A stretch of 27,534 bases of DNA, taken from IMG/VR virus record IMGVR_UViG_3300023223_000479; one strand, 5' to 3'. The position numbers were made by a program, and so were the translations under genes. Below the pieces are notes generated by a model. The model saw only the letters and a program-made list of their open reading frames with translations. It was not told the DNA's origin and did not search any database. Shown here in pieces: positions 8,150 through 17,032 of the stretch (position 1 is its first letter; every line of letters starts with the position of its first letter). The stretch is from a virus.

Positions 8150-9163
8150 CTACCACATCGATATGGCACCTCCTACAACCCCTCTGTAAGTCTTCTCCTC
8201 TCTCTTCTCTACCCTACTCAATTCATCGTAATAAGTGCGCTCATTGATCTCTATCATATCCCTGCTCAATACATAATCCCTACCCATCTCATTAGCATCT
8301 CCCTTATCCATATTTACAGCATATACCTTTTTACCCGCTGCCTGATATAACGTATAAGCAGCATGTATACTATCTCTCCATGCTCCCTCATCGAATAACA
8401 TATAGTAAGCGCTACAATTAAACCCACATAATTTCTTTAACTGATTTATAGATAAAGTCTTACCCTGTAATGCTGTAGCCTCTATCATTGTTAAATCATC
8501 CGCTATCCCCTCGCACACAAATACATCTCCTGTTAATACACAACAATTCCACTCATTGTACAATACATCAGATTTACCTAAAGGCACCTCATGCTCCTTA
8601 GGGTTTATCCATCTGTAATCACTTCTATTGGTCGCATCCCTGGCTTGATAATATACGAGCTTACCCGTATCATCTTTAAAGGGGAATATTATCCTCCTGA
8701 AATACTTACCGGATGTCTTGGAATAACCTATACCGTAATCCCTAACCAACTCCTTTATATTGAACCCTCTGCCTCTCATATACTCCCTAGCTTCCTCAGA
8801 TAACTTACCCTCTCCCTGATCCAAGGGTATAAATTCCTTAGGCAGTTTACAGTGTTTTGGCCTTTTTATTACTTCCTCATCTATAACTCTTCCTACTGTA
8901 GGTGTAAACCCATTGATTACCTTTCCTACCTCTGAGTAGCTTATATTCTCACAGAATTGAATATACTCAAGTACACTACTCCATGATGAGGAATAATCGC
9001 AACTACTCTGATAACATTTTATAGTGTTTGTTTCTTTATGGTAATAACCGGACCTACCTAAATCCTCTACACAACATGAGCAGGGGTAATGATAATACCT
9101 ACCTACTTTCTTTACCTGATGGGTAGTGCATAACCACTCAAAACATTTATCATTGAAACTCAC
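8150..9163 (-). CDS. dnaG: DnaG-type DNA primase (Zn finger + TOPRIM)
   Basis: CSCC...CYQSSC Zn finger, YMRGRGF, RIIFPF, YQARD, TOPRIM VCEGIAD, LFDEG, GDANEM. Confidence 0.9.
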   Translation of the reverse strand: MSFNDKCFEWLCTTHQVKKVGRYYHYPCSCCVEDLGRSGYYHKETNTIKCYQSSCDYSSSWSSVLEYIQFCENISYSEVGKVINGFTPTVGRVIDEEVIKRPKHCKLPKEFIPLDQGEGKLSEEAREYMRGRGFNIKELVRDYGIGYSKTSGKYFRRIIFPFKDDTGKLVYYQARDATNRSDYRWINPKEHEVPLGKSDVLYNEWNCCVLTGDVFVCEGIADDLTMIEATALQGKTLSINQLKKLCGFNCSAYYMLFDEGAWRDSIHAAYTLYQAAGKKVYAVNMDKGDANEMGRDYVLSRDMIEINERTYYDELSRVEKREEKTYRGVVGGAISMW

Positions 9164-9171
9164 CTATTACC

Positions 9172-9186
9172 TGTAAAATTTTTACG
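9172..9186. repeat. Palindrome copy 6 (1 mismatch), just upstream of the primase
   Basis: TGTAAAATTTTTACG. Confidence 0.85.
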
Positions 9187-9276
9187 CCCCTACCTATTCC
9201 TATTTTAAGCCTATCTGATCATACCTAATACTCTATGACCCTACACCCTTACCCACACCCATATACTCCCACACAC

Positions 9277-9939
9277 CTACATCCTAGCCTCAAGAGTATC
9301 CATATTCAGTAACTCCTTACATGCATCCTCTATAATGGGCTTATCCAACCTCATTAAATATATATCCTCTGGACAATCTGTACCTTTAGGATCACACATA
9401 GCTCCAGGATATTCAATAAGCGTAACCCTTCGAGATAACCACCTAACAAACCTCATCCGCCTCTTCTTAACCTTATCGTGTAAAATACATTTAGGGATAA
9501 CCGTAACCAGCACCCCTCCAGGCATTAACAAACGATGATAATTATACCTGATATGGTCTATAATCTCATCGTCCTCAAAAGGAGGGTTTAATAATAAACA
9601 ATCAAAGTAATCATCATACCCCATCTTATGTAGAGAGAAACAATCTCTATTACTAACTCCTGGTACACCCATATCTAATACCGAGCATCTACTAGATACA
9701 AACATATTATACAATGCTATATCTATCTCATTATAAAAAGTATTAAACTCCTTAAGGACTTTTATCCCCCTTCTATTCCTATAAGCAGTAACATATGTAT
9801 TAATAAGTCTACCATACCCCCCACTGGTATCTCCCACAGCCTCAAACCTTCTATCTCCTAACATTGATACCATTAACTCAGCTACATATACAGGCGTTTC
9901 TTTAATCATACTCAAAGATACCAAAACCCTATATAACAC
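9277..9939 (-). CDS. N6-adenine DNA methyltransferase (gamma-class motif order); probable start ATG 9909
   Basis: Motif X ETPVYVAELMV, motif I GDTSGGYG, motif II NEID, motif IV LNPPF, LLMPGGVLVTVIP. Confidence 0.85.
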   Translation of the reverse strand: MLYRVLVSLSMIKETPVYVAELMVSMLGDRRFEAVGDTSGGYGRLINTYVTAYRNRRGIKVLKEFNTFYNEIDIALYNMFVSSRCSVLDMGVPGVSNRDCFSLHKMGYDDYFDCLLLNPPFEDDEIIDHIRYNYHRLLMPGGVLVTVIPKCILHDKVKKRRMRFVRWLSRRVTLIEYPGAMCDPKGTDCPEDIYLMRLDKPIIEDACKELLNMDTLEARM

Positions 9940-9961
9940 AAAAGGCTCCCAATGGGAGCCT
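9940..9961 (-). terminator. Intrinsic terminator after the ParB-like gene
   Basis: Minus strand aggctccc-att-gggagcct followed by a T run. Confidence 0.7.
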
Positions 9962-9993
9962 CAAGCGCGTTAGTTTGATTTATTCGTAGGTAC

Positions 9994-11142
9994 TTAAATT
10001 ACTCCTGAACCCTTAAGACCCCCACCATCAGGGTTATCCTGAAAATTCTGAGCCATGTAAATATTTTGCACAATATCCTCAAAAGGTAATTTCATTACCT
10101 GAGCATCAATCATAATCTGTACAATATCATCTACAATTGTACCGTTGAATCGCTTACCAAAACCCACACTCTTTTTATTAAACAAAATCTTAGAATCCTC
10201 ATCCTTAATATGGGCTGCAACTTTAGCACACTCCTCAGCGTATGAGTACCGCTCTGTACCTGCCGCTGATGAGGCTGCTGCCTGTACTGATGCTGCTGTT
10301 ACTGATCCTCCTGATGCCTCTGCCGTTGTTTGTGCTTGCGCTGCAATCTCCTCAGCACTCTTACCTCCTGTTTCTCCTGCTGATGCCAAAACTGCCGCCT
10401 TATTTGCTGCCGCAATAGATAACCACCCCTCCTCAATGCCCTTCAAAAGTTTTGGGTTACGGCCTGCCTTGAGGTAATAATAAACCAGTTCCCTGGTCAT
10501 ACCCATAGCATTGCCGATATCCGGTACACTCATATTATACTCATCCTCCAACTTAACAACATTAGCACATTTCTGGGTATTACTCCACTGCTTATGATTG
10601 TTGTTAGATATTTGACGCATCAATAATTCAGCCTCTTCTTTCTTTCCCTCAGGCTTCTTAATCAACTGTACAGCAACCAAAACTTTAGTACCATCAGTGC
10701 CGGGATACGCTTTCAAATCAAGTACCTTCCCTTCCTCATCTTTAACATTGCCTTTATTAACTTCCTGAATAGCATACATCCTACAAAATCCCTCAGCAAT
10801 ATTAACCTTAAATTGATACTTACCTCTGGCTTTAACATCAGTTACATAAGCCTCTACAGCCGTAGTCTGACCCTCTACAGCTATTTGTCTCTGCCGATCA
10901 ATAGGAGTATCAGCCTTAACCTGACTCTTATTACCTCTCGGATTAGTATTATAATTTACTATAATCTGAGGCAGAGGTAATAGTATAATCATACCGGGAA
11001 CAGGATTTTCGGGTAAACCAATTGGAATTGATCCCTCAGGACGTACAAATGCTGCTGTATCCTCTGACCCTGATACTTCAGTTGTATTACCTTCTACCGC
11101 CTCAGGAGCTTCTACTACAGGTGTTTCATTTTTCTTAGCCAT
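9994..11142 (-). CDS. ParB/Spo0J-family protein with HTH domain
   Basis: NTNPRG, GxxRxxA arginine patch (AEGFCRMYA), QISNNNHKQWS at the EN..R position, HTH MSVPDIGNAMGMTRELVYYYLK, LSIAAA; Ala-rich linker. Confidence 0.75.
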   Translation of the reverse strand: MAKKNETPVVEAPEAVEGNTTEVSGSEDTAAFVRPEGSIPIGLPENPVPGMIILLPLPQIIVNYNTNPRGNKSQVKADTPIDRQRQIAVEGQTTAVEAYVTDVKARGKYQFKVNIAEGFCRMYAIQEVNKGNVKDEEGKVLDLKAYPGTDGTKVLVAVQLIKKPEGKKEEAELLMRQISNNNHKQWSNTQKCANVVKLEDEYNMSVPDIGNAMGMTRELVYYYLKAGRNPKLLKGIEEGWLSIAAANKAAVLASAGETGGKSAEEIAAQAQTTAEASGGSVTAASVQAAASSAAGTERYSYAEECAKVAAHIKDEDSKILFNKKSVGFGKRFNGTIVDDIVQIMIDAQVMKLPFEDIVQNIYMAQNFQDNPDGGGLKGSGVI

Positions 11143-11201
11143 GATGTTATTTACTTAAATTAATATTAGATTAAACGTAATGTTTTGTTTTTATAACTAC
11201 G

Positions 11202-11233
11202 CAAATATATGTAAATAGTTTTACCTAATCAAA
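11202..11233 (-). promoter_or_regulatory. Bacteroidota sigma-A type promoter for the ParB-like gene
   Basis: Minus strand TTTG-attaggtaaaactatttaca (20 nt)-TATATTTG. Confidence 0.7.
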
Positions 11234-11249
11234 AAAACTTTCATTTACC

Positions 11250-11264
11250 TGTAAAATTTTTACA
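11250..11264. repeat. Palindrome copy 7 (between the helicase stop and the parB-like promoter)
   Basis: TGTAAAATTTTTACA, exact. Confidence 0.9.
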
Positions 11265-11267
11265 CCT

Positions 11268-13037
11268 CTAAGCATCCTCTAAATCCTCGTTTGAGAACCT
11301 ATATCCTACACTAGGCTTTAATTTACTACTTTTATCACTACTTTCTCCCTTACCCTTTTCACTCCAAAAATCTTCACAATTATCTATATGGCTTTGTGCA
11401 TCTATAGGGTAAGCTCTCATATGCTCATACTCTGCTCGGATATACTCTACCATATGATCCCCACCCCCCCTATCTCTATCCGCACTTAAAACCATCCTCC
11501 TATATCCTTTCTCCTGCTCCTCCTCTGTAGCTAGTAATACTACTACACACTCCGCGTCATATCCTATATTCTCTGTACCGGCTATCTTTAAATCCCTTAA
11601 TTTAAAATTGGGATCAGCCAGCTTGCGGTAATCCTTAACCGCCTCAATCATCAACATATGCAAGCCGTAAGAATCTCTTAGATCTTTTAGATCTTGATAA
11701 TTCTGCCTGATCCTCTCCCAATAATTTAAAGACTTATCATTAGCCTTTAAATGCTGACCCCAATCAATGATTATTGTTCTAGGTCTATCTGAATTAAAAA
11801 AATCTATATCATCATCCTGCAAGGATATTATAAGCTTCTCTAACTTAGCAGGAGTACAAGCTTTAACGTACTCCAATCGTATATTGCCTCCATCCTCAGA
11901 TATAGCATTAAGCTCCTTATCTAGCTCATCAAATATATCTTTATACAACTCCTGCTCATCATAAAACAACCCTCCTTTATTATCCAACTCCTCCCAATCA
12001 CCCTTAGCCTCTGGATTTCTAACCTTAGCCCTATAAATATATACTTTTGTATGCCATTGGTCCACCTCCTTATCTAACCCTCCTGAACTTATTATCTTAG
12101 TTCCCTCCTTAAACGACTTTATCCGGTATACCTTTTCTCCCTCAGCATATGTATTATCCTCCTCATACTTTACTACAGACTTAACTATCGTAGTTACATC
12201 AACATACACCCCACTATAAAACCACTCTTTCTCTGCACCTAATAGAGCCTGATAAAATCTCCTCTCCATCTTCAATCTACCATTCTCCAAATCAGCAAAT
12301 AATACATCACAACCCTTTTTCATTAGATGAACGGCTATATTTTGACTAATAGCCGTTTTGTACGATTTAGGAGATGATACCAATATAGTGATTCCCCTAT
12401 AATACAGTACTATAGATTCGAAGCAGGTGCCTAGTCCCTCAAGTAATTGTAAATCATCTGTATTACCAGGACCATCTAAAATATATAACCCATCTGAGTC
12501 TTCCTGTAATACGTCTGCATTAAGCTTATCTATGAATAATCTTCTTTCTTTCTGACTCCACACTATCACTTCTGAGGGTTTAATTCCCTCCTGAGATAAT
12601 TTATTAGCCTCCTCCCGTATCAGCTTAGATAAGAAGCAATGCACAATAAACTCTATCAACTGAGCTATAGTATAATCCTCATCCTCAGGAGGAGTAAACA
12701 ATACCCGCTCAAAATTCCTAAGATCCTGCTTCTCCTCTCCTGATGTTTGCTTTAACCACTTCTTAAAAGGGGTATGCTCTCTCTTTATCTGATCATACAC
12801 AACCTCACTAGGTAAATCCTCATACTCCCCATAGTACCATCCCAATAACTCTACTATTTTCTGAGCAGCAGATGAGCTAAACGTTTCCTTAAATACTGCC
12901 GCATCTACCTCCTTAAAATACTTAAAAAGCCTTAAACCTACCTGCTTAGATTTAGGCTTAAACACACCCTCACTAGATTTCTCTTTCCAAAGTAATCTAG
13001 CTATCATCTTAAGCTGTACTTGGGGAGTATATTTCAT
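11268..13037 (-). CDS. dnaB: DnaB-like (SF4) replicative helicase, divergent, with an internal insertion
   Basis: Walker A-like SSPKSYKT, VLFADLEN, Walker B IIIDWGQHL, IAGTENIGYDAECVVVL (cf. LRESGSIEQDAD), DRDRGG. Confidence 0.75.
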   Translation of the reverse strand: MKYTPQVQLKMIARLLWKEKSSEGVFKPKSKQVGLRLFKYFKEVDAAVFKETFSSSAAQKIVELLGWYYGEYEDLPSEVVYDQIKREHTPFKKWLKQTSGEEKQDLRNFERVLFTPPEDEDYTIAQLIEFIVHCFLSKLIREEANKLSQEGIKPSEVIVWSQKERRLFIDKLNADVLQEDSDGLYILDGPGNTDDLQLLEGLGTCFESIVLYYRGITILVSSPKSYKTAISQNIAVHLMKKGCDVLFADLENGRLKMERRFYQALLGAEKEWFYSGVYVDVTTIVKSVVKYEEDNTYAEGEKVYRIKSFKEGTKIISSGGLDKEVDQWHTKVYIYRAKVRNPEAKGDWEELDNKGGLFYDEQELYKDIFDELDKELNAISEDGGNIRLEYVKACTPAKLEKLIISLQDDDIDFFNSDRPRTIIIDWGQHLKANDKSLNYWERIRQNYQDLKDLRDSYGLHMLMIEAVKDYRKLADPNFKLRDLKIAGTENIGYDAECVVVLLATEEEQEKGYRRMVLSADRDRGGGDHMVEYIRAEYEHMRAYPIDAQSHIDNCEDFWSEKGKGESSDKSSKLKPSVGYRFSNEDLEDA

Positions 13038-13074
13038 AGGTAAATATACCTACAACGAACTATAATATAAAGGC

Positions 13075-13089
13075 TGTAAAATTTTTACA
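13075..13089. repeat. Palindrome copy 8
   Basis: TGTAAAATTTTTACA, exact. Confidence 0.9.
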
Positions 13090-13090
13090 C

Positions 13091-13130
13091 AAAGAAATAC
13101 CCCTAGATAGTTGGCCGTTACCTAGGGGAT
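13091..13130 (-). terminator. Intrinsic terminator at the end of the morphogenesis genes
   Basis: Minus strand cccctag-gtaacggccaactat-ctagggg followed by tatttcttt. Confidence 0.6.
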
Positions 13131-13167
13131 TCCCTTCCAAAAATAAAACCGAATCAAATGAAAAATA

Positions 13168-13380
13168 TTATCTTTTCTGGGATGCTAATAAGTCTGCTAA
13201 CCTACTACCATTACTCGCTACTATTCTCCTTTTATATTTATAGTCAGAATACTCCTCAATAGTCATACCTAACCTAATTCTTTCGGATTTATCCTGCTCT
13301 ATACGTCTTTGATTCTCTATATTTTCCATGCCTAAATATACCTCAATACCTATATAGTTCCTAACCCTATTTCCGAACAC
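13168..13380 (-). CDS. Hypothetical protein (start uncertain, possibly MENIENQ)
   Basis: 70 aa ORF between palindrome copy 9 and the terminator. Confidence 0.5.
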   Translation of the reverse strand: MFGNRVRNYIGIEVYLGMENIENQRRIEQDKSERIRLGMTIEEYSDYKYKRRIVASNGSRLADLLASQKR

Positions 13381-13426
13381 CTACAAATACTTTCCGAATA
13401 CCTTATTATTCTTTCCCAACGACACC

Positions 13427-13441
13427 TGTAAAATTTTTACA
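13427..13441. repeat. Palindrome copy 9
   Basis: TGTAAAATTTTTACA, exact; 2 nt after the stop of 13444-14010. Confidence 0.9.
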
Positions 13442-13443
13442 AT

Positions 13444-14010
13444 TCAATCATACTTAAATCTACCTCCAAATCCAGGCTGTACCGTACCCCATGATCCCAA
13501 AGCCTCATCATCCTCAAACTTATCCTCCTTACATTTGGGTTTGGGTAAGCAAGGGTATACCTTTTTATTGTCCTCCAACCATATTTTAAACATATCCAGC
13601 GACTCCTGAGCGGCTACCTTTAATCCTGATACAAAATTCTCAAACTGACCATCCTCAAATTTCTGAGGAAACTTTAAGCCCTCCTTAGATAATACAGCAT
13701 ATCCCGACTTTCTAACATACAAATACTCTGTAGCATCCACTAGAGTAGGGGTAGCCATCTCAATCAAATCTAACCACCTCTGCTCTATAGCTGTTTGATT
13801 ATTCTCGAAAGCCTTAATAGCATCACATATATCTTTGAAACAATCCCCTAGAGGCTTCTTTAGATAACGTATCTGAGCACCATCTAAATGCTTTAATACC
13901 TTATCTGGATTAAGATTAGATGTTAATAGCGTAGATTGGTTATAAAGACATTTCAATGTTATAAAGAAACATCTTGAAGCGCATTTAGTACATCCTCTTC
14001 CTGTTGACAT
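13444..14010 (-). CDS. Putative head-tail adaptor/connector (DUF6712-like)
   Basis: Directly downstream of the portal; AQIRYLKKPLG resembles the aQ...lkp.LG motif of Bacteroidota phage adaptor proteins. Confidence 0.5.
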   Translation of the reverse strand: MSTGRGCTKCASRCFFITLKCLYNQSTLLTSNLNPDKVLKHLDGAQIRYLKKPLGDCFKDICDAIKAFENNQTAIEQRWLDLIEMATPTLVDATEYLYVRKSGYAVLSKEGLKFPQKFEDGQFENFVSGLKVAAQESLDMFKIWLEDNKKVYPCLPKPKCKEDKFEDDEALGSWGTVQPGFGGRFKYD

Positions 14011-14011
14011 T

Positions 14012-15631
14012 TTACTCTATATTTTCGCCTATACCTAATTCTTTCTTAACCTTATCTGATGCCTCTGGATCACCGTGCATAGCTCTCCTCTCATCTATAC
14101 CATAACTCTTCAATACCATCTCATCAGAGGGACGCTTATTGAAGAGTCTTTTCCTACTAAAGGATACCCCTATTATAGTAGTATCTGTTTTACTTATCTC
14201 CTGTAGCCATATTGGTAGCATCACCTCAAATATCCAAAAAGTCAGAGGGTGCATTATCTCAGGCATTATAACATTATCATACCATAAATCCTCAGCAGTC
14301 TCCAACACACCTGCCTGATCACTCATACCCTGGCCCACCTGCTGAGGAGAACCTATCAATCTCCTATCAATGATTCCCCATCCCGTAAGTAATGCCCCAT
14401 CCTTTCTCTCCTCTATAACCTTGTGCATATCACTCTTATTGGTATGAGGTATCTCAGTAATAGTTATAGCCTCCCCCTTTGTTCTGGGATCTCTATACAT
14501 TATTATTATCTGCTCCGCATTGTCCACCCCCTGCAACTCCTCTCGTACCTTACCCTCAATAGCTGCTTTCTTTCCCTCATATAGCTCTTTGCCTTTATCT
14601 CCTCTCTTAGACGTATCGGCCAAAGCCACAGATACTATAAATCCCGCCATCATTCCATTTTCCATTCCGGCTACATCTCTGCTCCCTAATGCATCCTCTA
14701 TAATTACAGCATTGATAAAGCTGTTTGTCTCATATATAGGCTCAGGATAGGTATCTGAGAACAAATTAGGCTCTTTAATTAAACAGGAATATCTACCCTG
14801 ATTACCTACCTTAAGCTTTTCACTACTAAAGAAAGGATCTTTTTTATTTAGCTTAACTACGGTAGTATCCTCTACACTAGACTCATCAAAACTTTCAAAT
14901 ATTTTAACCCCCTTCAATAGCTTCTTATCCAATGATCTATCATTATAAGATGGATGCTCCCAATGAAACTCACTCTTTCCAAAGCTATCACTATCCTCCT
15001 CTGTCTCTAACTTACCCACTCTATTCTGGAAATACTTCCTCAATTGTACCTTACCTAATCTCTTAGTAGTCGGGACATCTACAGTAACCTCTTTAGCATT
15101 AACCTCAACGCTACTTGAAAATATCTTATGTACATAAGCACCCCCAAATACGGCTATACTCTGTAAAGCACCTTTTAAAAAATTATACTTATTAACACCT
15201 ATTTGTGTTAACCAGGATAGAAATTCCTCCCCATCTGCTCCTCCATCAGATTCCTCTATTATTAGTCCATTACCATATGCTAGATTTACTGCTGTTCTGT
15301 AGGATCTCTTATGGGTGTGAGAGAGCTTAAGCAACTTAAGCAGAAAGAAAGGATAATTATTATCATGACCTAACCTCATGTAAGGCTCAGAGGAGGTATT
15401 AGGCTTTCTCCTCCTCTTACTCTTATCAGTGGAATATCTGGTATATACTGTAGGTATATTGTAGTCTAGCTGTAATTCCCTTGTTGAGGCATTATATTTA
15501 TATGCATCTACCCTATAAATTTGGCCGGAATCCTTACCCATATGATCCTTAAAAAACTCATCATACCTCACATGCTTAATAGGTATACCCGCCACATTCT
15601 CCTTATCTTTTGTATCTTCGCTCTCTGCCAT
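14012..15631 (-). CDS. Phage portal protein
   Basis: 539 aa; GHDNNYPFFLLKL...SHTH...AYGNGL, YPEPIY and ENGMMAGFIV are typical of Bacteroidota phage portals. Confidence 0.8.
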   Translation of the reverse strand: MAESEDTKDKENVAGIPIKHVRYDEFFKDHMGKDSGQIYRVDAYKYNASTRELQLDYNIPTVYTRYSTDKSKRRRKPNTSSEPYMRLGHDNNYPFFLLKLLKLSHTHKRSYRTAVNLAYGNGLIIEESDGGADGEEFLSWLTQIGVNKYNFLKGALQSIAVFGGAYVHKIFSSSVEVNAKEVTVDVPTTKRLGKVQLRKYFQNRVGKLETEEDSDSFGKSEFHWEHPSYNDRSLDKKLLKGVKIFESFDESSVEDTTVVKLNKKDPFFSSEKLKVGNQGRYSCLIKEPNLFSDTYPEPIYETNSFINAVIIEDALGSRDVAGMENGMMAGFIVSVALADTSKRGDKGKELYEGKKAAIEGKVREELQGVDNAEQIIIMYRDPRTKGEAITITEIPHTNKSDMHKVIEERKDGALLTGWGIIDRRLIGSPQQVGQGMSDQAGVLETAEDLWYDNVIMPEIMHPLTFWIFEVMLPIWLQEISKTDTTIIGVSFSRKRLFNKRPSDEMVLKSYGIDERRAMHGDPEASDKVKKELGIGENIE

Positions 15632-15641
15632 ATCTTAGAGA

Positions 15642-15947
15642 TTAGTCTGAATCGTAAATAAATAAATCAAATGTAGCATGAACCACAGAAGATAAGGATA
15701 ACTCACAATAATACCTACCCACATCTAAATCAAATCCATTAGGCTCATCACACTTATGGTCTAAGGTAAAATTTATATTAGTCCATCCTAAGCAACTCTC
15801 ACCCTCTACAGTATCTTTGTACTCCTCACAATCTTTACAACTATCTGAATACACCGTAAGGGTGTACAATTGGATTCCTGTAGGAGGATCATTAATACCC
15901 TCCAAGGATATAGAATTTACAGTGTTTGTATATATGGATATCATCAT
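15642..15947 (-). CDS. Hypothetical beta-rich protein, probably a virion component
   Basis: 101 aa within the structural operon. Confidence 0.6.
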   Translation of the reverse strand: MMISIYTNTVNSISLEGINDPPTGIQLYTLTVYSDSCKDCEEYKDTVEGESCLGWTNINFTLDHKCDEPNGFDLDVGRYYCELSLSSVVHATFDLFIYDSD

Positions 15948-15953
15948 AAAGTA

Positions 15954-15988
15954 GGAATCCCTGACCCTTTGCAGGACCAGGGGTTTCC
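15954..15988 (-). terminator. Stable RNA hairpin with a GNRA tetraloop (terminator/attenuator)
   Basis: Minus strand cccugguccu-GCAA-agggucaggg, 10 bp with G-U pairs that work only on this strand; weak U tail. Confidence 0.55.
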
Positions 15989-16013
15989 ATCTGTCGAGGT
16001 AAGTAAATAAGTC

Positions 16014-16358
16014 TTAATTATTAGCCTCTGCTAGTATTTCCCGCTGTAGCACTGATACCTCCTGTATAGTCATCTTCATAACCCTATTCAAATCAGCCTT
16101 ACTCAAGATAACCCAAGTCCAAAGATTATACTTCCTAGCATAATACAAAGGCAGCATTTTAATCATCTTTGAGGTTATCTCAACGTTGTGAGTATTCCTA
16201 GAAAAAGAATCTACTACCCTATCTGCATCTCTTTTTGTATCTACAACAGATCCAGGACGAATAAGATTATTATCCTTAAGCTTAGGGCTAAATCTTATCT
16301 TAGGTCTAAACTCCTTTGGAGCCTTTTTGGTTTCCTGTGTTTTTTCCTCAACAGCCAT
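16014..16358 (-). CDS. Hypothetical protein in the structural operon
   Basis: 114 aa, directly downstream of the putative tail tube gene. Confidence 0.65.
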   Translation of the reverse strand: MAVEEKTQETKKAPKEFRPKIRFSPKLKDNNLIRPGSVVDTKRDADRVVDSFSRNTHNVEITSKMIKMLPLYYARKYNLWTWVILSKADLNRVMKMTIQEVSVLQREILAEANN

Positions 16359-16367
16359 GATACATTA

Positions 16368-16955
16368 TTATGCGGTAACAGAATCTACTAAAACATCTGT
16401 AAGAGCTACGCTGGTATCGAATACCTCCAAAAAGATATCATCTACATCATCTCCCGTAGCTACAAAAGTGGATGGGGTAAACTCTGTAGTACCCGTACCC
16501 CCCCTAATTTCTGTGAAGTTTATACCTCCTTTACGGCCTACGATGTACCAACGATTAGTACCCTTTTCCTTAAACAGAAATACTACCTCCTGACTGATAA
16601 AAGTCTTAATGACACAATAAAAAGCCCTATCCTTAATCTCTACAGAGAAATTCAAAGTTTCCTCAAACGTAGTAGTACCTGTTTCTGGATCAAACACTAA
16701 GCCCCAAATATGCTCTACAGTCTTATCCTTTGTGGATATCTTGAAGAACAAAGGAGCAGGAGGCAATACACCATCCTGAGTTACTATATCTGTGACCTTT
16801 GCATCATTGCCTCCACCTGCTGAACAATCATCCTCTACAACAGATACAAACTTTAAGCACGATACCCTAACATCAAATCCTCCACCCTTTTGAGTACCGC
16901 ATGATGAGGCAGAAGTAGCTATTTCATCGCGTATTTCGCAGCATTCCTTATCCAT
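16368..16955 (-). CDS. Putative major tail (tube) protein
   Basis: 195 aa, beta-rich, C...GG N-terminus, DPETGTTTFEETLNF, WYIVGRKGG, GGTG; directly after the capsid gene. Confidence 0.6.
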   Translation of the reverse strand: MDKECCEIRDEIATSASSCGTQKGGGFDVRVSCLKFVSVVEDDCSAGGGNDAKVTDIVTQDGVLPPAPLFFKISTKDKTVEHIWGLVFDPETGTTTFEETLNFSVEIKDRAFYCVIKTFISQEVVFLFKEKGTNRWYIVGRKGGINFTEIRGGTGTTEFTPSTFVATGDDVDDIFLEVFDTSVALTDVLVDSVTA

Positions 16956-16977
16956 GATTTATCAATTTTTGTTAACC

Positions 16978-16992
16978 TGTAAAAATTTTACA
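16978..16992. repeat. Palindrome copy 10
   Basis: TGTAAAAATTTTACA, exact. Confidence 0.9.
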
Positions 16993-16999
16993 CCCTAAT

Positions 17000-17021
17000 C
17001 CCTAACCCATATGAGCTAGGG
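17000..17021 (-). other. RNA hairpin just 3' of the capsid gene (no U tract; possible stability or attenuation element)
   Basis: Minus strand ccctagctc-atat-gggttaggg with G-U pairs. Confidence 0.4.
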
Positions 17022-17032
17022 TAAAAGGATTA

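Noticed and set aside
10055-10070. Degenerate palindrome-like TGTAAATATTTTGCA inside the ParB-like gene; similar weak matches near 11210 and 18551
   Set aside because: Two or more mismatches in AT-rich DNA could arise by chance, so they were not counted
1140-13037. Inteins or introns in the polymerase and helicases
   Set aside because: No C/S...HN splice motifs or LAGLIDADG/HNH signatures were seen, and the reading frames are continuous
13371-13404. Short imperfect direct repeat ttccgaa(c/t)acct
   Set aside because: Only two 12-bp copies and no functional context
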